64,000 nt of DNA from NCBI GenBank assembly GCA_937136025.1, contig CAKZOC010000121.1, positions 45,121 to 109,120 of the forward strand, written 5' to 3'. The notes below the pieces were generated by a model, which was not told where the DNA came from, ran no database searches, and worked only from the letters and a program-made list of their open reading frames with translations. Of this stretch, positions 1-10,393 are shown piece by piece. Positions within the stretch are counted from its first letter, which is position 1, and every line of letters starts with the position of its first letter. Made by a program: the position numbers and the translations under genes. The DNA is from an uncultured Bacteroidota bacterium (lineage in GTDB: Bacteria; Bacteroidota; Bacteroidia; Flavobacteriales; Flavobacteriaceae).

Positions 1-774
1 GGTTTCATACCAGTCATGGGCATCGGGCCGGGCAAGACGAGAGCCGTTCCCGGTCCATTTGGCCGGATTTTCTATAAAACTATCGTCCGACATTGGGTGT
101 GGGCTGCCCCCCAGAGGCTTATATCCATCCTTCCATTCCGGCACCTGGAAGGCCTGCCCCGGAATGTAATAAAAATCATTGTCCCTGGAATACTCAAGAT
201 CTGTATTGTCGCTGGCTCCAAAAGGTTCCAGGCCATCCGGGGTACTGCTGCCCTCGTAATTCCGGGCCACGTGGTTTGGGACAATATCGATCAGAACTTT
301 CATTCCTGCCTGGTGTGTACGCCCGACCAGAAGCCGGAATTCCTCCAGCCGCTTCGCGGGGTTTTCCGCAAGATCCGGATTCACATTGTAGTAATCCTTT
401 ACGGCGTAGGGCGAGCCGGCTCTGCCTTTTATGACATCCGGATCGTCATTGGTGATCCCGTATGCCGTATAATCCGTTACAAGTGCATGATGCGGCACGC
501 CTGTATACCAGATGTGTGTCACTCCGAGATTCCGTATTTCCTTCAGGGCTTCGGGTGTAAAATCCGCAAACTTACCCACCCCGTTTTCTTCCAGTGTGCC
601 CCAGGGCTTATTTGTGGTATTGGTATTTCCAAAAAGGCGTGTAAAAACTTGATAAACAACTACTTTTCCGGATGTTTTCATTGGGGTATCAGGAGTTTCA
701 ATTGGGACTTTGTTATTATTCTGACCACAGGAGCTCAGGATCAGGGTGGCCAGTATTCCACAAACTATCTTCAT
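1..774 (-). CDS. GH13 alpha-amylase/alpha-glucosidase family lipoprotein, 5' part only (runs off the left edge)
   Basis: Not in the ORF track. Manual translation from ATG at 774 is open to position 1: MKIVCGILATLILSSCGQ (lipobox)...VVVYQVFTRLFGN...THIWYTG...GSPYAVKDYY...LIDIVPNHVAR (GH13 region I). Confidence 0.9.
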   Translation of the reverse strand, partial: MKIVCGILATLILSSCGQNNNKVPIETPDTPMKTSGKVVVYQVFTRLFGNTNTTNKPWGTLEENGVGKFADFTPEALKEIRNLGVTHIWYTGVPHHALVTDYTAYGITNDDPDVIKGRAGSPYAVKDYYNVNPDLAENPAKRLEEFRLLVGRTHQAGMKVLIDIVPNHVARNYEGSSTPDGLEPFGASDNTDLEYSRDNDFYYIPGQAFQVPEWKDGYKPLGGSPHPMSDDSFIENPAKWTGNGSRLARPDAHDWYET

Positions 775-782
775 GAGTGTTA

Positions 783-2696
783 TTACTTGCTGATGTAAAT
801 ATAGGCGCCCGGGGCTTCTAGTGTCAAATGATCGGACCAAATTACCGTTTCCCCGCTGAGCAGTTCCTGAACGGATTTTCCATGTAAACCGAGTTCCCGG
901 AAACGCTCCAGGGCAAATTTCACCGGAGCTTCATTTTTATTGAGCAGCAGCACTACGGTTTCTTCTTCAGCGGAGCGTACCAGAACATATACGCCATCCT
1001 CCGGCACAAAATGCAGGGTTTTTCCATTTTTCAGAGCCCGACTTTCCTTGCGAAAGTTAAGTATTGTTTTAAGATAGTCCTGCATCTCCCGAGCCTCGGG
1101 TGTCAGTCCGGCGCCGGTAAAGCCATTCTTTGAATCCGCCTCCCATCCCCCCGGAAAATCGGAGCGAATCCGTCCGTGATCTCCCGGTTTGGCGCTATTG
1201 TCCATCAGGATTTCAGTGCCATAGTAGACCTGCGGAATACGGGGTGCCACGAGGATAAAGGCCATGGCCATCCGGGTTAAAACAGCAGACCCGCCCAGTT
1301 GGGTGAATATCCGATCCATATCGTGATTGTCTCCAAAGAGCAGCAGATCGTGGGGACGGGTATAGTGAAAATCATTGGCCAGCGCTTCGTAGATCTCGAC
1401 AAGGCCACTTCCCCATGTTTCAGGTCCGGTTAGGCCTTCGACAACCGCCTTTTGCAAGGGAAAATCCATGGTAGTCCTCAGGTAGGAGCGATAGCTGTTG
1501 CCCTTCTGTACCCCGTCCTGCCAGTAACCCACCAGCAAGGGATTGGTGCTCCACTCTTCCCCGACGATATTGAAGTTCGGGTATTCTTCCATCAGTGCCC
1601 GGGCCCACCGACTCAAAAAATCCTTATCGGGATATGGGTACGTATCCTGGCGAATGCCTCCGAGCTGCAATGTTTCCACCCACCAAATGCTGTTTTGAAT
1701 CAGATAGGTCGCCATAAAGGGATTGTCCTGATTCAGGTCGGGCATGGACGGGACAAACCACCCTTTCTCCATGAGATCCCGATCTGTTTGGGCCGCATAA
1801 AGATCCTGATTTACGGTCCGCCGATGGTTGGTCACTGTTAGGGGGTCACCCTTTTCGTGATTCTGCTGAAAATTGATCCAGTCCGGAAAAGGTAAATCCT
1901 GCATCCACCAATGGTACAGGCCACAGTGATTGACCACCTGATCCATAATAAGCTTCAGGCCTTTCAGCCGTGCCTCATCGCTGAGGGTACGGTACTCCTG
2001 CAGGGTTCCAAATCTGGGATCTACCTGGTAAAAATCAGTTATGGCATAGCCGTGATACGAAGTCGCGGGCATATCGTTCAGCAGCAGGGGTGTCGGCCAG
2101 ATCGCTGTAAAACCCATATCCTGAATATAATCCAGGTGTCGGCGAATACCCTCCAGATCACCTCCGTGTCGCGCGTAGTCCTCAGACCGGTCCACTCCCT
2201 GCTCCCTCAGACCTGCAAAACTGTCATTTTCAGGGTTGGCGTTGGCAAAGCGGTCCGGGGTAATAAGGTAAATGACATCTGAGGCATCAAAACCTTCAAA
2301 GTCTTCCCCTTGCCTTTCCCGGGCCCTGATCGGATATGTAATCTCCCTGTCCGGGTAGCCCTTTCGTTTCAAAACAAGGTTCACTGCGCCGGGCCGGAGC
2401 TCCGAATCTAAAACAAGATCTATAAATAAATAATTTGGGCTGGAACCCGGATGCCAGGCCTCTACAAGGACCCCATCTGCAGAAACCCTTGGGGTGTAAA
2501 GTGCCATACCTTCTCCGTGAAGCATCAATTGGAGCCTGGAATTTCGCATACCCGCCCACCAGTTCGGAGGTTCTACCCGGATTGCAGTATCCTGTGCCCT
2601 GAGATCCTGCACAGTCCCCAAACCTATGATTCCCAAAAGAAAAAGGAATATCCGAATACCGGCATCATACCTGGAATTAACCCGCGTTGGACACAT
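783..2696 (-). CDS. GH13 cyclomaltodextrinase/neopullulanase (SusA-like)
   Basis: N-terminal EPPNWWAGM domain, YHGY, DQVVNH, catalytic IRQDTYPY / GEEW / NHDMDR motifs and a signal peptide. The start is uncertain (the ORF extends to 2735). Confidence 0.9.
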   Translation of the reverse strand: MCPTRVNSRYDAGIRIFLFLLGIIGLGTVQDLRAQDTAIRVEPPNWWAGMRNSRLQLMLHGEGMALYTPRVSADGVLVEAWHPGSSPNYLFIDLVLDSELRPGAVNLVLKRKGYPDREITYPIRARERQGEDFEGFDASDVIYLITPDRFANANPENDSFAGLREQGVDRSEDYARHGGDLEGIRRHLDYIQDMGFTAIWPTPLLLNDMPATSYHGYAITDFYQVDPRFGTLQEYRTLSDEARLKGLKLIMDQVVNHCGLYHWWMQDLPFPDWINFQQNHEKGDPLTVTNHRRTVNQDLYAAQTDRDLMEKGWFVPSMPDLNQDNPFMATYLIQNSIWWVETLQLGGIRQDTYPYPDKDFLSRWARALMEEYPNFNIVGEEWSTNPLLVGYWQDGVQKGNSYRSYLRTTMDFPLQKAVVEGLTGPETWGSGLVEIYEALANDFHYTRPHDLLLFGDNHDMDRIFTQLGGSAVLTRMAMAFILVAPRIPQVYYGTEILMDNSAKPGDHGRIRSDFPGGWEADSKNGFTGAGLTPEAREMQDYLKTILNFRKESRALKNGKTLHFVPEDGVYVLVRSAEEETVVLLLNKNEAPVKFALERFRELGLHGKSVQELLSGETVIWSDHLTLEAPGAYIYISK

Positions 2697-4995
2697 GCAC
2701 CGTTTTTTGTGGTTCCAAAACCACGCGCTGCTCATTCACACGAATGGACATTTCTTCTTTGGAATCCAGATAAAACCGACTCCCCTCAGAGGATACTTCG
2801 ACTTTGAGGATGCGATGTCTGAAATTGATTTTAAAGGAATACGACTTCCACTGTTTCGGAATTCTCGGGAAAAACGAAAGCTTATCGTCAATCACGCGCA
2901 TACCCCCAAATCCTTCGACGATACTCATCCAGGTTCCCGCCATGGAAGTAATGTGCAAGCCTTCCTCTACTTCCCGGTTATAATCGTCCAGATCCAGGCG
3001 CGAGGTTCTCAGGTAAAAGGCGTAGGCCTGCTCCAGCCGGTTCAGTTTGGAAGCCTGAATACTGTGTACGCAGGGAGAAAGAGAGGATTCATGCACCGTA
3101 AAGGGTTCATAAAAGTCAAAATGACGTTCGAGTTCTTCAGTGGTGAAATGGTCTTCAAAGAAATAAAATCCCTGAAGCGTATCCGCCTGCTTAATGTAGG
3201 GCGATCTGAGGATGCGATCCCAGCTCCACTTCTGATTCAACGGGCGTTCCGAGCGGTCCAGGTCCGCAGCAGGAATCAATTCCTTATCCAGAAAACCATC
3301 TTGCTGCAGGTAAACTTCGTGCTGGTCAGAGTAGGGAAAATACATGCCGTCAGCCACTTTCGCCCACTGGCGGGTCTCCTGTTCCGTTAACCGCGTATGT
3401 CCGATAATGCGCTGGTAATCCTCAGGATACCCATCTTTCACCTTCCGGAGTTGTTCCAGACAATAACGGATACACCACCGGGCCGAATAATTGGTGTACC
3501 AATTGTTGCTGACATTATTTTCATACTCATTCGGGCCGGTGACACCCAGAATGACATATTTCTCTTTCTGTTTTGAAAACGTGGCACGCTGATGCCAGAA
3601 TCGGGCGATTCCTATAAGCACTTCCAGCCCCATTTCAGGGATGTATGAATAATCCCCGGTATAGCGGTAATAATTATATATGGCAAACGCAATGGCCCCG
3701 TTGCGATGGATTTCCTCAAAGGTGATCTCCCATTCATTATGGCACTCCTCCCCATTCATGGTAACCATGGGGTACAGGGCCGCTCCATTACTAAATCCGA
3801 GTTTCCCCGCATTCTCAATAGCCTTCTCCAAATGATTGAACCGGTATTCCAGCAAGTTTCGCGCCACGTGCTGGTCTTTTGTTGCCATGTAGAAAGGAAT
3901 ACAATACGCCTCCGTATCCCAATACGTACTCCCTCCATATTTTTCCCCGGTAAACCCTTTAGGCCCGATATTCAGTCGTGAATCTCTTCCGGTATAAGTC
4001 TGGTTCAGATGCAGGATATTAAACCGGATGCCCTGTTGTGCCTTTATATCTCCTTCGATCGTTATGTCGCTCATCTCCCAAATCTCCTTCCAGGCCCCCC
4101 GTTGTGCCTCCAACAATGCCTCAAAGCCCGAAGCCACAGCGGTATCCAGAACTGCAGCCGCCGCCCGGGCCAAATCTTTGGCAGGATGATTCAGGTCTAC
4201 CGTATAACCCCCGTACTTCTCTACGGATAGTATTTTTCCTTTTGGTAGTGTTACTTCGTAGGAATGGCCTGCATAGGTTTCCTTTTCCAGATGTTCGGGG
4301 GCGCTTTCCACAGCCTTCCCATCGAGGGTGAGGCGGGCCTGCATAAAAGTGCAGGTATGAAAACGCGTCTTAAGGGTATGGGCCTCAATAAAAGCCCTGT
4401 TCCCCTCGGACCAGACTTTTGTGGTCTTCCAGAATGGATCGTCCCAATTGGTATCCTCATTGGTGATCCCGCTATCCAGATAAGGTGTTATCTTAACGGG
4501 CACATTGTCCTGATCCACAGTGAGATTATACCGGATGGCTCCGAGTTCATCGTGTTCCATACTCATAAACCGGGTCGCTTCGACCACGACGCCGATTCCA
4601 TTCTCCAAAGTTGCTTTAAAGGAACGGCTGTACCAGCCTTCCTTCATATTGAATTCGCGCCTGAACTGGGTCACCTTTTTACAACGGTTCAAATCCAGGA
4701 TTTCGCCCTTGATTTCCACGTGAATGCCAATCCAGTTCGGAGCGTTAAGGACTTTGGCAAAATACTCGGGGTATCCGTTTTTCCACCAACCCACGCGGGT
4801 CTTGTCGGGATAATATACCCCACCGATATAACTTCCCTGAAAAGTAGGTCCGCTGTAGTCCTCTTCGAAATTTGCGCGCTGACCCATAGCGCCATTACCC
4901 AGGCTGAAAAGACTTTCTGAGGCTTTAACATGAGAAGGCGTGTACCCTTCCTCAATAATCGACCACGGATCCGGTTTTATATAATCCTGATTCAT
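2677..4995 (-). CDS. GH65 maltose phosphorylase
   Basis: SLGNGAMGQRANFEE, GPKGFTGEKYGGSTYWDTE, catalytic GVTGPNEYEN, KQAD and HESSLSP motifs; next to beta-phosphoglucomutase. Confidence 0.93.
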   Translation of the reverse strand: MNQDYIKPDPWSIIEEGYTPSHVKASESLFSLGNGAMGQRANFEEDYSGPTFQGSYIGGVYYPDKTRVGWWKNGYPEYFAKVLNAPNWIGIHVEIKGEILDLNRCKKVTQFRREFNMKEGWYSRSFKATLENGIGVVVEATRFMSMEHDELGAIRYNLTVDQDNVPVKITPYLDSGITNEDTNWDDPFWKTTKVWSEGNRAFIEAHTLKTRFHTCTFMQARLTLDGKAVESAPEHLEKETYAGHSYEVTLPKGKILSVEKYGGYTVDLNHPAKDLARAAAAVLDTAVASGFEALLEAQRGAWKEIWEMSDITIEGDIKAQQGIRFNILHLNQTYTGRDSRLNIGPKGFTGEKYGGSTYWDTEAYCIPFYMATKDQHVARNLLEYRFNHLEKAIENAGKLGFSNGAALYPMVTMNGEECHNEWEITFEEIHRNGAIAFAIYNYYRYTGDYSYIPEMGLEVLIGIARFWHQRATFSKQKEKYVILGVTGPNEYENNVSNNWYTNYSARWCIRYCLEQLRKVKDGYPEDYQRIIGHTRLTEQETRQWAKVADGMYFPYSDQHEVYLQQDGFLDKELIPAADLDRSERPLNQKWSWDRILRSPYIKQADTLQGFYFFEDHFTTEELERHFDFYEPFTVHESSLSPCVHSIQASKLNRLEQAYAFYLRTSRLDLDDYNREVEEGLHITSMAGTWMSIVEGFGGMRVIDDKLSFFPRIPKQWKSYSFKINFRHRILKVEVSSEGSRFYLDSKEEMSIRVNEQRVVLEPQKTVHVSNAG

Positions 4996-5006
4996 TCTCC
5001 TTCTGT

Positions 5007-5675
5007 TTATTTATGTGGTTTACTTTCCAGGCGCAGTATTTCTTCCAGAAAAGAAGGCTGCATTTCTGTAAAATCCATGAAAACGGCATCGGCCTCCGAG
5101 AGTACTTCTGCCGCACCGATCCCAAGACTGTACATCCCCGCGGTATTGGCTGCGGCGATACCTGCCTGCGCATCCTCAATAACCACGCAATCCTCCGGGG
5201 GCAGGTGCAGGCGGGATGCGGCAATCAAAAATACTTCCGGGTCGGGTTTGGCTTTCACAACCTGAGTCCCGTCTACCACGGTGCTGAAATAGTCAGTCAG
5301 GCCGACTTTCTCCAATATAGGGACCGCGTTTTTGCTGGCAGAACCAAGGGCCATGGGCACGTTTCGCTCTTTTAAAAAATCAAGTACTCTGGAAACATCC
5401 GGCAAAATCTCAGAGGCGTCCATAGTCGCTATATAATTAAGGTAATCGGCATTCTTTTCCTCCAGCCAACTTGCGAATTGTTCCTCTGAGACTTGTAAGT
5501 CCCCCATCTCAAGGAGGAGTTCCAGGCAGCGTTTGCGGCTCACCCCTTTGAACTTTTCATTGTCCTCAATGGTGAATGGGATACCCAGATGATCGGCGAG
5601 TTGTTTCCAGGCGAGATAATGGTACTTGGCCGTATCGACGATGACCCCGTCCAGGTCAAAAATGAAGCCCTTCAT
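5007..5675 (-). CDS. pgmB: beta-phosphoglucomutase (HAD)
   Basis: FDLDGVIVDTAKYHY, GVSR, SASKNA, KPDPEVF and EDAQAG motifs. Confidence 0.95.
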   Translation of the reverse strand: MKGFIFDLDGVIVDTAKYHYLAWKQLADHLGIPFTIEDNEKFKGVSRKRCLELLLEMGDLQVSEEQFASWLEEKNADYLNYIATMDASEILPDVSRVLDFLKERNVPMALGSASKNAVPILEKVGLTDYFSTVVDGTQVVKAKPDPEVFLIAASRLHLPPEDCVVIEDAQAGIAAANTAGMYSLGIGAAEVLSEADAVFMDFTEMQPSFLEEILRLESKPHK

Positions 5676-5733
5676 AGGAATTTCTTGTTTCTGGGTCGCA
5701 TCTCGACCCGATGATCCGGGAAATTCCGGTCAT

Positions 5734-5741
5734 CAAATATA
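5734..5741 (-). promoter_or_regulatory. Bacteroidota -7 promoter element (TATATTTG) for the pgmB-GH65-GH13 operon
   Basis: Exact TAnnTTTG match on the minus strand, 59 bp upstream of the pgmB ATG. Confidence 0.6.
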
Positions 5742-5743
5742 AA

Positions 5744-5761
5744 AAGGAAATCGGTTTTAAG
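5744..5761. promoter_or_regulatory. Possible weak second LacI operator next to the pgmB promoter
   Basis: Minus-strand cttaaaaccgatttcctt matches the 7140-7157 operator at 12 of 18 positions, including the AAACCG core. Confidence 0.3.
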
Positions 5762-5864
5762 AAGCCTGTTGGTATACAAGGAATACATTTTTTGGATTGG
5801 AATCCACGCAACTCGTGCAAACCGATGACCCGAGCGGGCAAGTCTTTAAAAACATGTGCACCTG

Positions 5865-6890
5865 TCAGGTGGACTGCCGTTTTACCAGACTGGCCTGAAT
5901 GATTTCGGTCCTATAATTCCCGGAGTCCGTTTCGTCGTATTCGTTTTCGATTTTGTCGATGAGCATTCGTGCAGCGGTTTCTCCCATCTGCTCCCCGTGC
6001 TGGGCAATAGCACTCAGCCCGGGCACGGCATATTTGGAAAGGATTCCATCGGTAAAACCGATAAAGGAAATATCCCCGGGAATGTCATACCCCAGTTCAC
6101 GGGCAAGTCTCATACCCCGAATCGCAAAAATCTCATTGACACTTAATACAGCATCAAAAGATTGGTTTTGAAAAAAAGAGCGGCTCAACTGTTCTTCTTC
6201 GAATTGAAAGGGGAGCTCCAGGACCAGTTCTTCACGAAAAGGTATCCCGTGTTTAGCAAGTGCCTTGCAATATCCCTTTTCTCTTTTTTCGCTGACTCCT
6301 AATTTGTGGGTTGTGGTAAAAAAAGCAATTCGTTTCTTCCCGTTTTGAATGAGGAATTCCACAGCCTCCATCGCGGCCGTTTCATCGTCTATAATAACTT
6401 TATCGCAGGGAATCTCTTCCGTGACCCGGTCAAAAAGCACCACGGGGATGCCCTGGTCTGTAACCTCTTTCAGATGTGTATAATCCTGTTTTTCCTGAGT
6501 CTCAGCCGAAAGGCCGATAATAAAACCATCGATGCTGCCATTGGCGAGTAACTCGGTATTGATCACCTCTTTGTCAAAAGACTCATCGGAAACGCAAACA
6601 ATCACATTATAACCCAGACTGTTGGCATATTTCTCTATCCCCCTGAAAACCGTTGTAAAAAAGTGATGTACAATATCCGGGATAATGACGCCAATATTTC
6701 GCGTGCGCTTATTTTTAAGGCTTACCGCTATATTATTGGGCTTGTAGTTGTAGAGCCTGGCGAAGGCCTGAATTCTGTCGCGGGTATCTCTGCCGATCTC
6801 AGAACTGTTCTTTAAGGCTTTGGAAACGGTTGAAATGGAAACATCGAGTTCTCGAGCGATATCCTTAAGCGTAACTTTTCTGCGAATCAT
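5865..6890 (-). CDS. LacI-family transcriptional regulator (MalR-like)
   Basis: HTH VTLKDIARELDVSISTVSKAL, YKPN hinge and periplasmic-binding-protein-like core; divergent from susC. Confidence 0.95.
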   Translation of the reverse strand: MIRRKVTLKDIARELDVSISTVSKALKNSSEIGRDTRDRIQAFARLYNYKPNNIAVSLKNKRTRNIGVIIPDIVHHFFTTVFRGIEKYANSLGYNVIVCVSDESFDKEVINTELLANGSIDGFIIGLSAETQEKQDYTHLKEVTDQGIPVVLFDRVTEEIPCDKVIIDDETAAMEAVEFLIQNGKKRIAFFTTTHKLGVSEKREKGYCKALAKHGIPFREELVLELPFQFEEEQLSRSFFQNQSFDAVLSVNEIFAIRGMRLARELGYDIPGDISFIGFTDGILSKYAVPGLSAIAQHGEQMGETAARMLIDKIENEYDETDSGNYRTEIIQASLVKRQST

Positions 6891-7013
6891 CCTCCCGGTT
6901 GCTTTTAGAGAAATGTGAAGTTAATCAATAATCCGCAATCCTTTCGACCCAATTCTCGTAGCCTAAAAACCGTGGAAACACCATAATATCCGGCCGAGTG
7001 GAAAGGGGATAAA

Positions 7014-7044
7014 TTGGCTTCAGACCAAAAATATTATATATTTG
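7014..7044 (+). promoter_or_regulatory. susC promoter (-33 TTG, -7 TATATTTG)
   Basis: TTG at 7014-7016, a 20-bp spacer, then TATATTTG at 7037-7044. Confidence 0.65.
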
Positions 7045-7139
7045 CCTCGGATTTAGATAAAAAAACACCCCTACATTTAATAATTACGTAATATAGCCGA
7101 TCAAATTTTTAAGGATTAACAGGAAATGGAATATATCAA

Positions 7140-7157
7140 CACGAAACCGTTTTCGTG
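7140..7157. promoter_or_regulatory. LacI-type operator palindrome CACGAAACCGTTTTCGTG
   Basis: 18-bp inverted repeat with one mismatch and a CG core, in the susC 5' leader of the lacI/susC divergent region. Confidence 0.75.
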
Positions 7158-7249
7158 CCTATTAATCCTTTTAAGAGTAGGATATTAACAATTTTTTTGC
7201 ATACTTTGACCTCTTGAATTGAATTAACTAAACTTAAAACGAACGATTT

Positions 7250-10200
7250 ATGAAGATTACGCTACTCAGGAGCTTACTGCTTGTCGGAGCTTTTCTATGC
7301 TTTGGATGGGCGCAAGCGCAGGAAGTATCAGGTAATGTTTCTGACGCAGCCGGCCCCCTTCCGGGAGCTAGTGTTGTAGTTAAGGGAACTACCAATGGTA
7401 CTCAAACAGATTTCGATGGGAATTACACCCTTGACGGAGTCGATGGAAATGCCGTACTGATATTCAGCTACATCGGGTATTCCACCCAGGAAGTTGCGGT
7501 TAGTGGCCGTTCCTCCATCAATGTCGTACTTGAGGAAGATGCTCAGGCATTGGATGAAGTAGTCATTATTGGTTACGGTTCTACAACTGTAAAGGATGCG
7601 ACAGGATCCGTCGCCTCTGTTACCTCAGACGATTTTAACGGTGGGGTCATCTCCTCCCCTGAACAATTAATCCAGGGTAAAACTGCCGGGGTTAACATTC
7701 AGCAAACCAGTGGAGAGCCGGGCGCCGGTATTAATGTTAACATCAGAGGGGCAAACTCGGTACGTGCGAGTAACAATCCGCTCTTTGTTGTGGACGGTGT
7801 GCCGCTTTTCGGACAGAACACGGATGCTACCGGAGATTCCGGGGACGGGGCTACAGAAGTAGGTAACCCGCTGAACTTCCTGAACCCTAATGATATCGAA
7901 AGTATGAGTATCCTCAAGGATGCCTCCGCAACGGCCATTTATGGGTCCCGGGGTGCTAACGGGGTTATCATCATAACCACTAAATCAGGAAAAGGTTCTA
8001 CCGGAGGACAATTTGAGTGGTCTTCCAATTTAAGTGTTGCTACTCCAGTGCGCCAGTTCGACCTTCTCAACAACGAGGAGTTCCTCGATGCTGTTGAGCT
8101 TTACGGAGGGAACAGGAATGACGTAAACTTCGGAGCAAACACCAACTGGCAGGATGTTGTAACGCGCACAGCCGCTTCAACAAACCACAACCTGGCGTAC
8201 TCACACCGGTATAATAACGGAAATGTCCGGGCTACTTTCGGCTATCAGGATCAATTTGGTGTGGTTGAAAAATCCGAATTTGAACGGATTACCGGGCGTA
8301 TTAATGCCGCTCACAAATTCTTTAAGGATCGTTTACTGATAAATGTAAACGCGACTATAGCACGGGTGAACCGGGAACAACCTCCACTTTCGGCCTCTGC
8401 CGGATTCCGTGGGGATATCCTTGGATCTGCCTATTCTGCCAACCCAACCTGGCCGAGCAATCCGAGTTTTGACGATGGAGGCGGACAGGTACAGCCTGCG
8501 AATTACCTCGCTGAAACTCAAAACAAAACCAATACCAATCGTATCCTGTTAAACGGATCTGCAGAGTACTTGATTACCCCAGAATTGACTGCTAAGGTGA
8601 ATTTGGGTTATGACCAGTCAGATAGTCAGAACACCTCTGTAATCAGTTCAAATATCCAGAATTTCACCGGTATTGAAGGCAATGGTTTCGGAACATACAA
8701 TACCCTGGACCGTTTAAACAAGACGATGGAAGCGACCCTGAACTACAAGAAGTCCTTTTCCAACTCCCGTTTAGATGCCCTGCTTGGGTATGCCTACCAG
8801 AATTTCCGCACCTCGGGTCGTAATGCTGCTGCCCGTGGTTTTGGAACTTCCGATCTGAACAAGATGGGTGAAGAAATGAGAAGAACCCTGGATGCTGCGG
8901 GTCGAACCGTAGATGGTTCTTACCAACAATTCTATTATGGCGTGAATACCAACAGCCTAATTGTAAACCGTTTGTTTCCCACCGTAGTCGCCGGAGAGGA
9001 AAACCCCTTCCAGTTCAACAGGGGTGTACGGGCTGCGACCGCAGATTATTTTGACAACACGGACGAATTGCAATCCTTCTTCGGGCGGATCAATTATTCC
9101 ATTGCAGACAAGTACCTTTTCACAGCGACCATGAGGGCTGATGGATCTTCAAGATTTGGACCTGAGAATCAATATGGGTACTTCCCTTCAGGCGCCTTTG
9201 CATGGCAAATTGGAGAAGAGGACTTTATTGGAGAAAACGTTTCCACGCTTAAACTAAGACTGAGTGCAGGTCTAATCGGTAACCAGGAAGGTTTAGGATA
9301 TGGTAACTTCGTCGCCCGTCAGCGTTTTGCAGGATTGGGAATCAACAACGATAACACGGTAAACCAAAACGGTTTAAGTATCGTTGCTACGGACGTACCG
9401 GATCTGAAATGGGAAACCACTTTGGATTTCACCGTAGGTTTGGATTTCGGATTTAACATGGATCGCTTAAGCGGTAGTCTTGATGTGTATCGCCGGGAAA
9501 CCAACGATCTGTTATTACAGACACCTCCTGCAGCTCCTTCTACGATTCCATTCCAATTTGGTAACGTAGATGCCTCTGTAATCAACCAGGGTATTGAATT
9601 TGCCATTGCCTATGACTTTGTTCAGACAGAGAATACGGATTTCGGAGTCTCCTTCAACTTTGCTTATAACGACAACGAAATCCAGGATTTTGCCGGTTCC
9701 ATAAACACAGGTGAAATCAACGGACCAGGTTTATCCGGGGCATTCGCTCAGCGTTTTGAAGCTGGCGTTTCCCTCTTCTCTTTCTATATGGCCGAATTTA
9801 CCGGATTTGACGGTGAAGGAAATCCTACTTACACCGATGTGGATGGCAACGGCATAGGAGATCCTGATGTTGATAAGTTCTTTGTGGGTGAAGACGGTTT
9901 ACCGGATATCACTACAGGTCTGAGCTTAAATTTCCGTCATAAAAACTGGGATGCCTCTGCATTCTTTAACGGACAATTCGGATTCTCTGTTTACAACAAC
10001 ACCGCCAACTCCTTCTTTAATGCAGGTCAGTTGGTTACCGCACGTAACGTAACCCAGGACGTGGTTGCCAGCGGCGAAAATGGGGGAGCCTCTACGGCAG
10101 TTTCCACACGTTTCCTGGAAAAAGGTGATTTTGTCCGCTTCCAGAACGCAACCATTGGGTACAATGTGCCTCTAAGTGGTGATGGAACGTTTAAAGGTCT

Positions 10201-10375
10201 TCGTTTCTCACTTACAGGACAAAACCTGGCCTTGTGGACAGACTACAGCGGGATTGATCCGGAAGTAACTGTAGCTACCGGAACACTGGGCTCTGGAATT
10301 CCTGTAAGGGGTATTGACTGGGCGGCTTTCCCGAATCCTTTGACCGTTACCTTTGGAATTAACGCGACATTTTAA
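7250..10375 (+). CDS. susC: SusC/RagA family TonB-dependent transporter
   Basis: Signal peptide, carboxypeptidase-like N-domain (GTTNGTQTDFDGNY), LDEVVIIGYG, NPNDIESMSILKDASATAIYGSRGANGVIIIT, C-terminal Phe. Confidence 0.97.
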   Translation: MKITLLRSLLLVGAFLCFGWAQAQEVSGNVSDAAGPLPGASVVVKGTTNGTQTDFDGNYTLDGVDGNAVLIFSYIGYSTQEVAVSGRSSINVVLEEDAQALDEVVIIGYGSTTVKDATGSVASVTSDDFNGGVISSPEQLIQGKTAGVNIQQTSGEPGAGINVNIRGANSVRASNNPLFVVDGVPLFGQNTDATGDSGDGATEVGNPLNFLNPNDIESMSILKDASATAIYGSRGANGVIIITTKSGKGSTGGQFEWSSNLSVATPVRQFDLLNNEEFLDAVELYGGNRNDVNFGANTNWQDVVTRTAASTNHNLAYSHRYNNGNVRATFGYQDQFGVVEKSEFERITGRINAAHKFFKDRLLINVNATIARVNREQPPLSASAGFRGDILGSAYSANPTWPSNPSFDDGGGQVQPANYLAETQNKTNTNRILLNGSAEYLITPELTAKVNLGYDQSDSQNTSVISSNIQNFTGIEGNGFGTYNTLDRLNKTMEATLNYKKSFSNSRLDALLGYAYQNFRTSGRNAAARGFGTSDLNKMGEEMRRTLDAAGRTVDGSYQQFYYGVNTNSLIVNRLFPTVVAGEENPFQFNRGVRAATADYFDNTDELQSFFGRINYSIADKYLFTATMRADGSSRFGPENQYGYFPSGAFAWQIGEEDFIGENVSTLKLRLSAGLIGNQEGLGYGNFVARQRFAGLGINNDNTVNQNGLSIVATDVPDLKWETTLDFTVGLDFGFNMDRLSGSLDVYRRETNDLLLQTPPAAPSTIPFQFGNVDASVINQGIEFAIAYDFVQTENTDFGVSFNFAYNDNEIQDFAGSINTGEINGPGLSGAFAQRFEAGVSLFSFYMAEFTGFDGEGNPTYTDVDGNGIGDPDVDKFFVGEDGLPDITTGLSLNFRHKNWDASAFFNGQFGFSVYNNTANSFFNAGQLVTARNVTQDVVASGENGGASTAVSTRFLEKGDFVRFQNATIGYNVPLSGDGTFKGLRFSLTGQNLALWTDYSGIDPEVTVATGTLGSGIPVRGIDWAAFPNPLTVTFGINATF

Positions 10376-10393
10376 TTAAAAAAATTGTAGATC

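Noticed and set aside
16-798. 260-aa plus-strand ORF
   Set aside because: Antisense shadow of the minus-strand GH13 gene (1-774), which has clear motifs; the plus-strand product has none.
5676-5864. Remnant of an MFS maltose permease between lacI and pgmB; 61-63 aa ORFs here
   Set aside because: No hydrophobic or MFS-like translation was evident; the region is explained by promoter elements.
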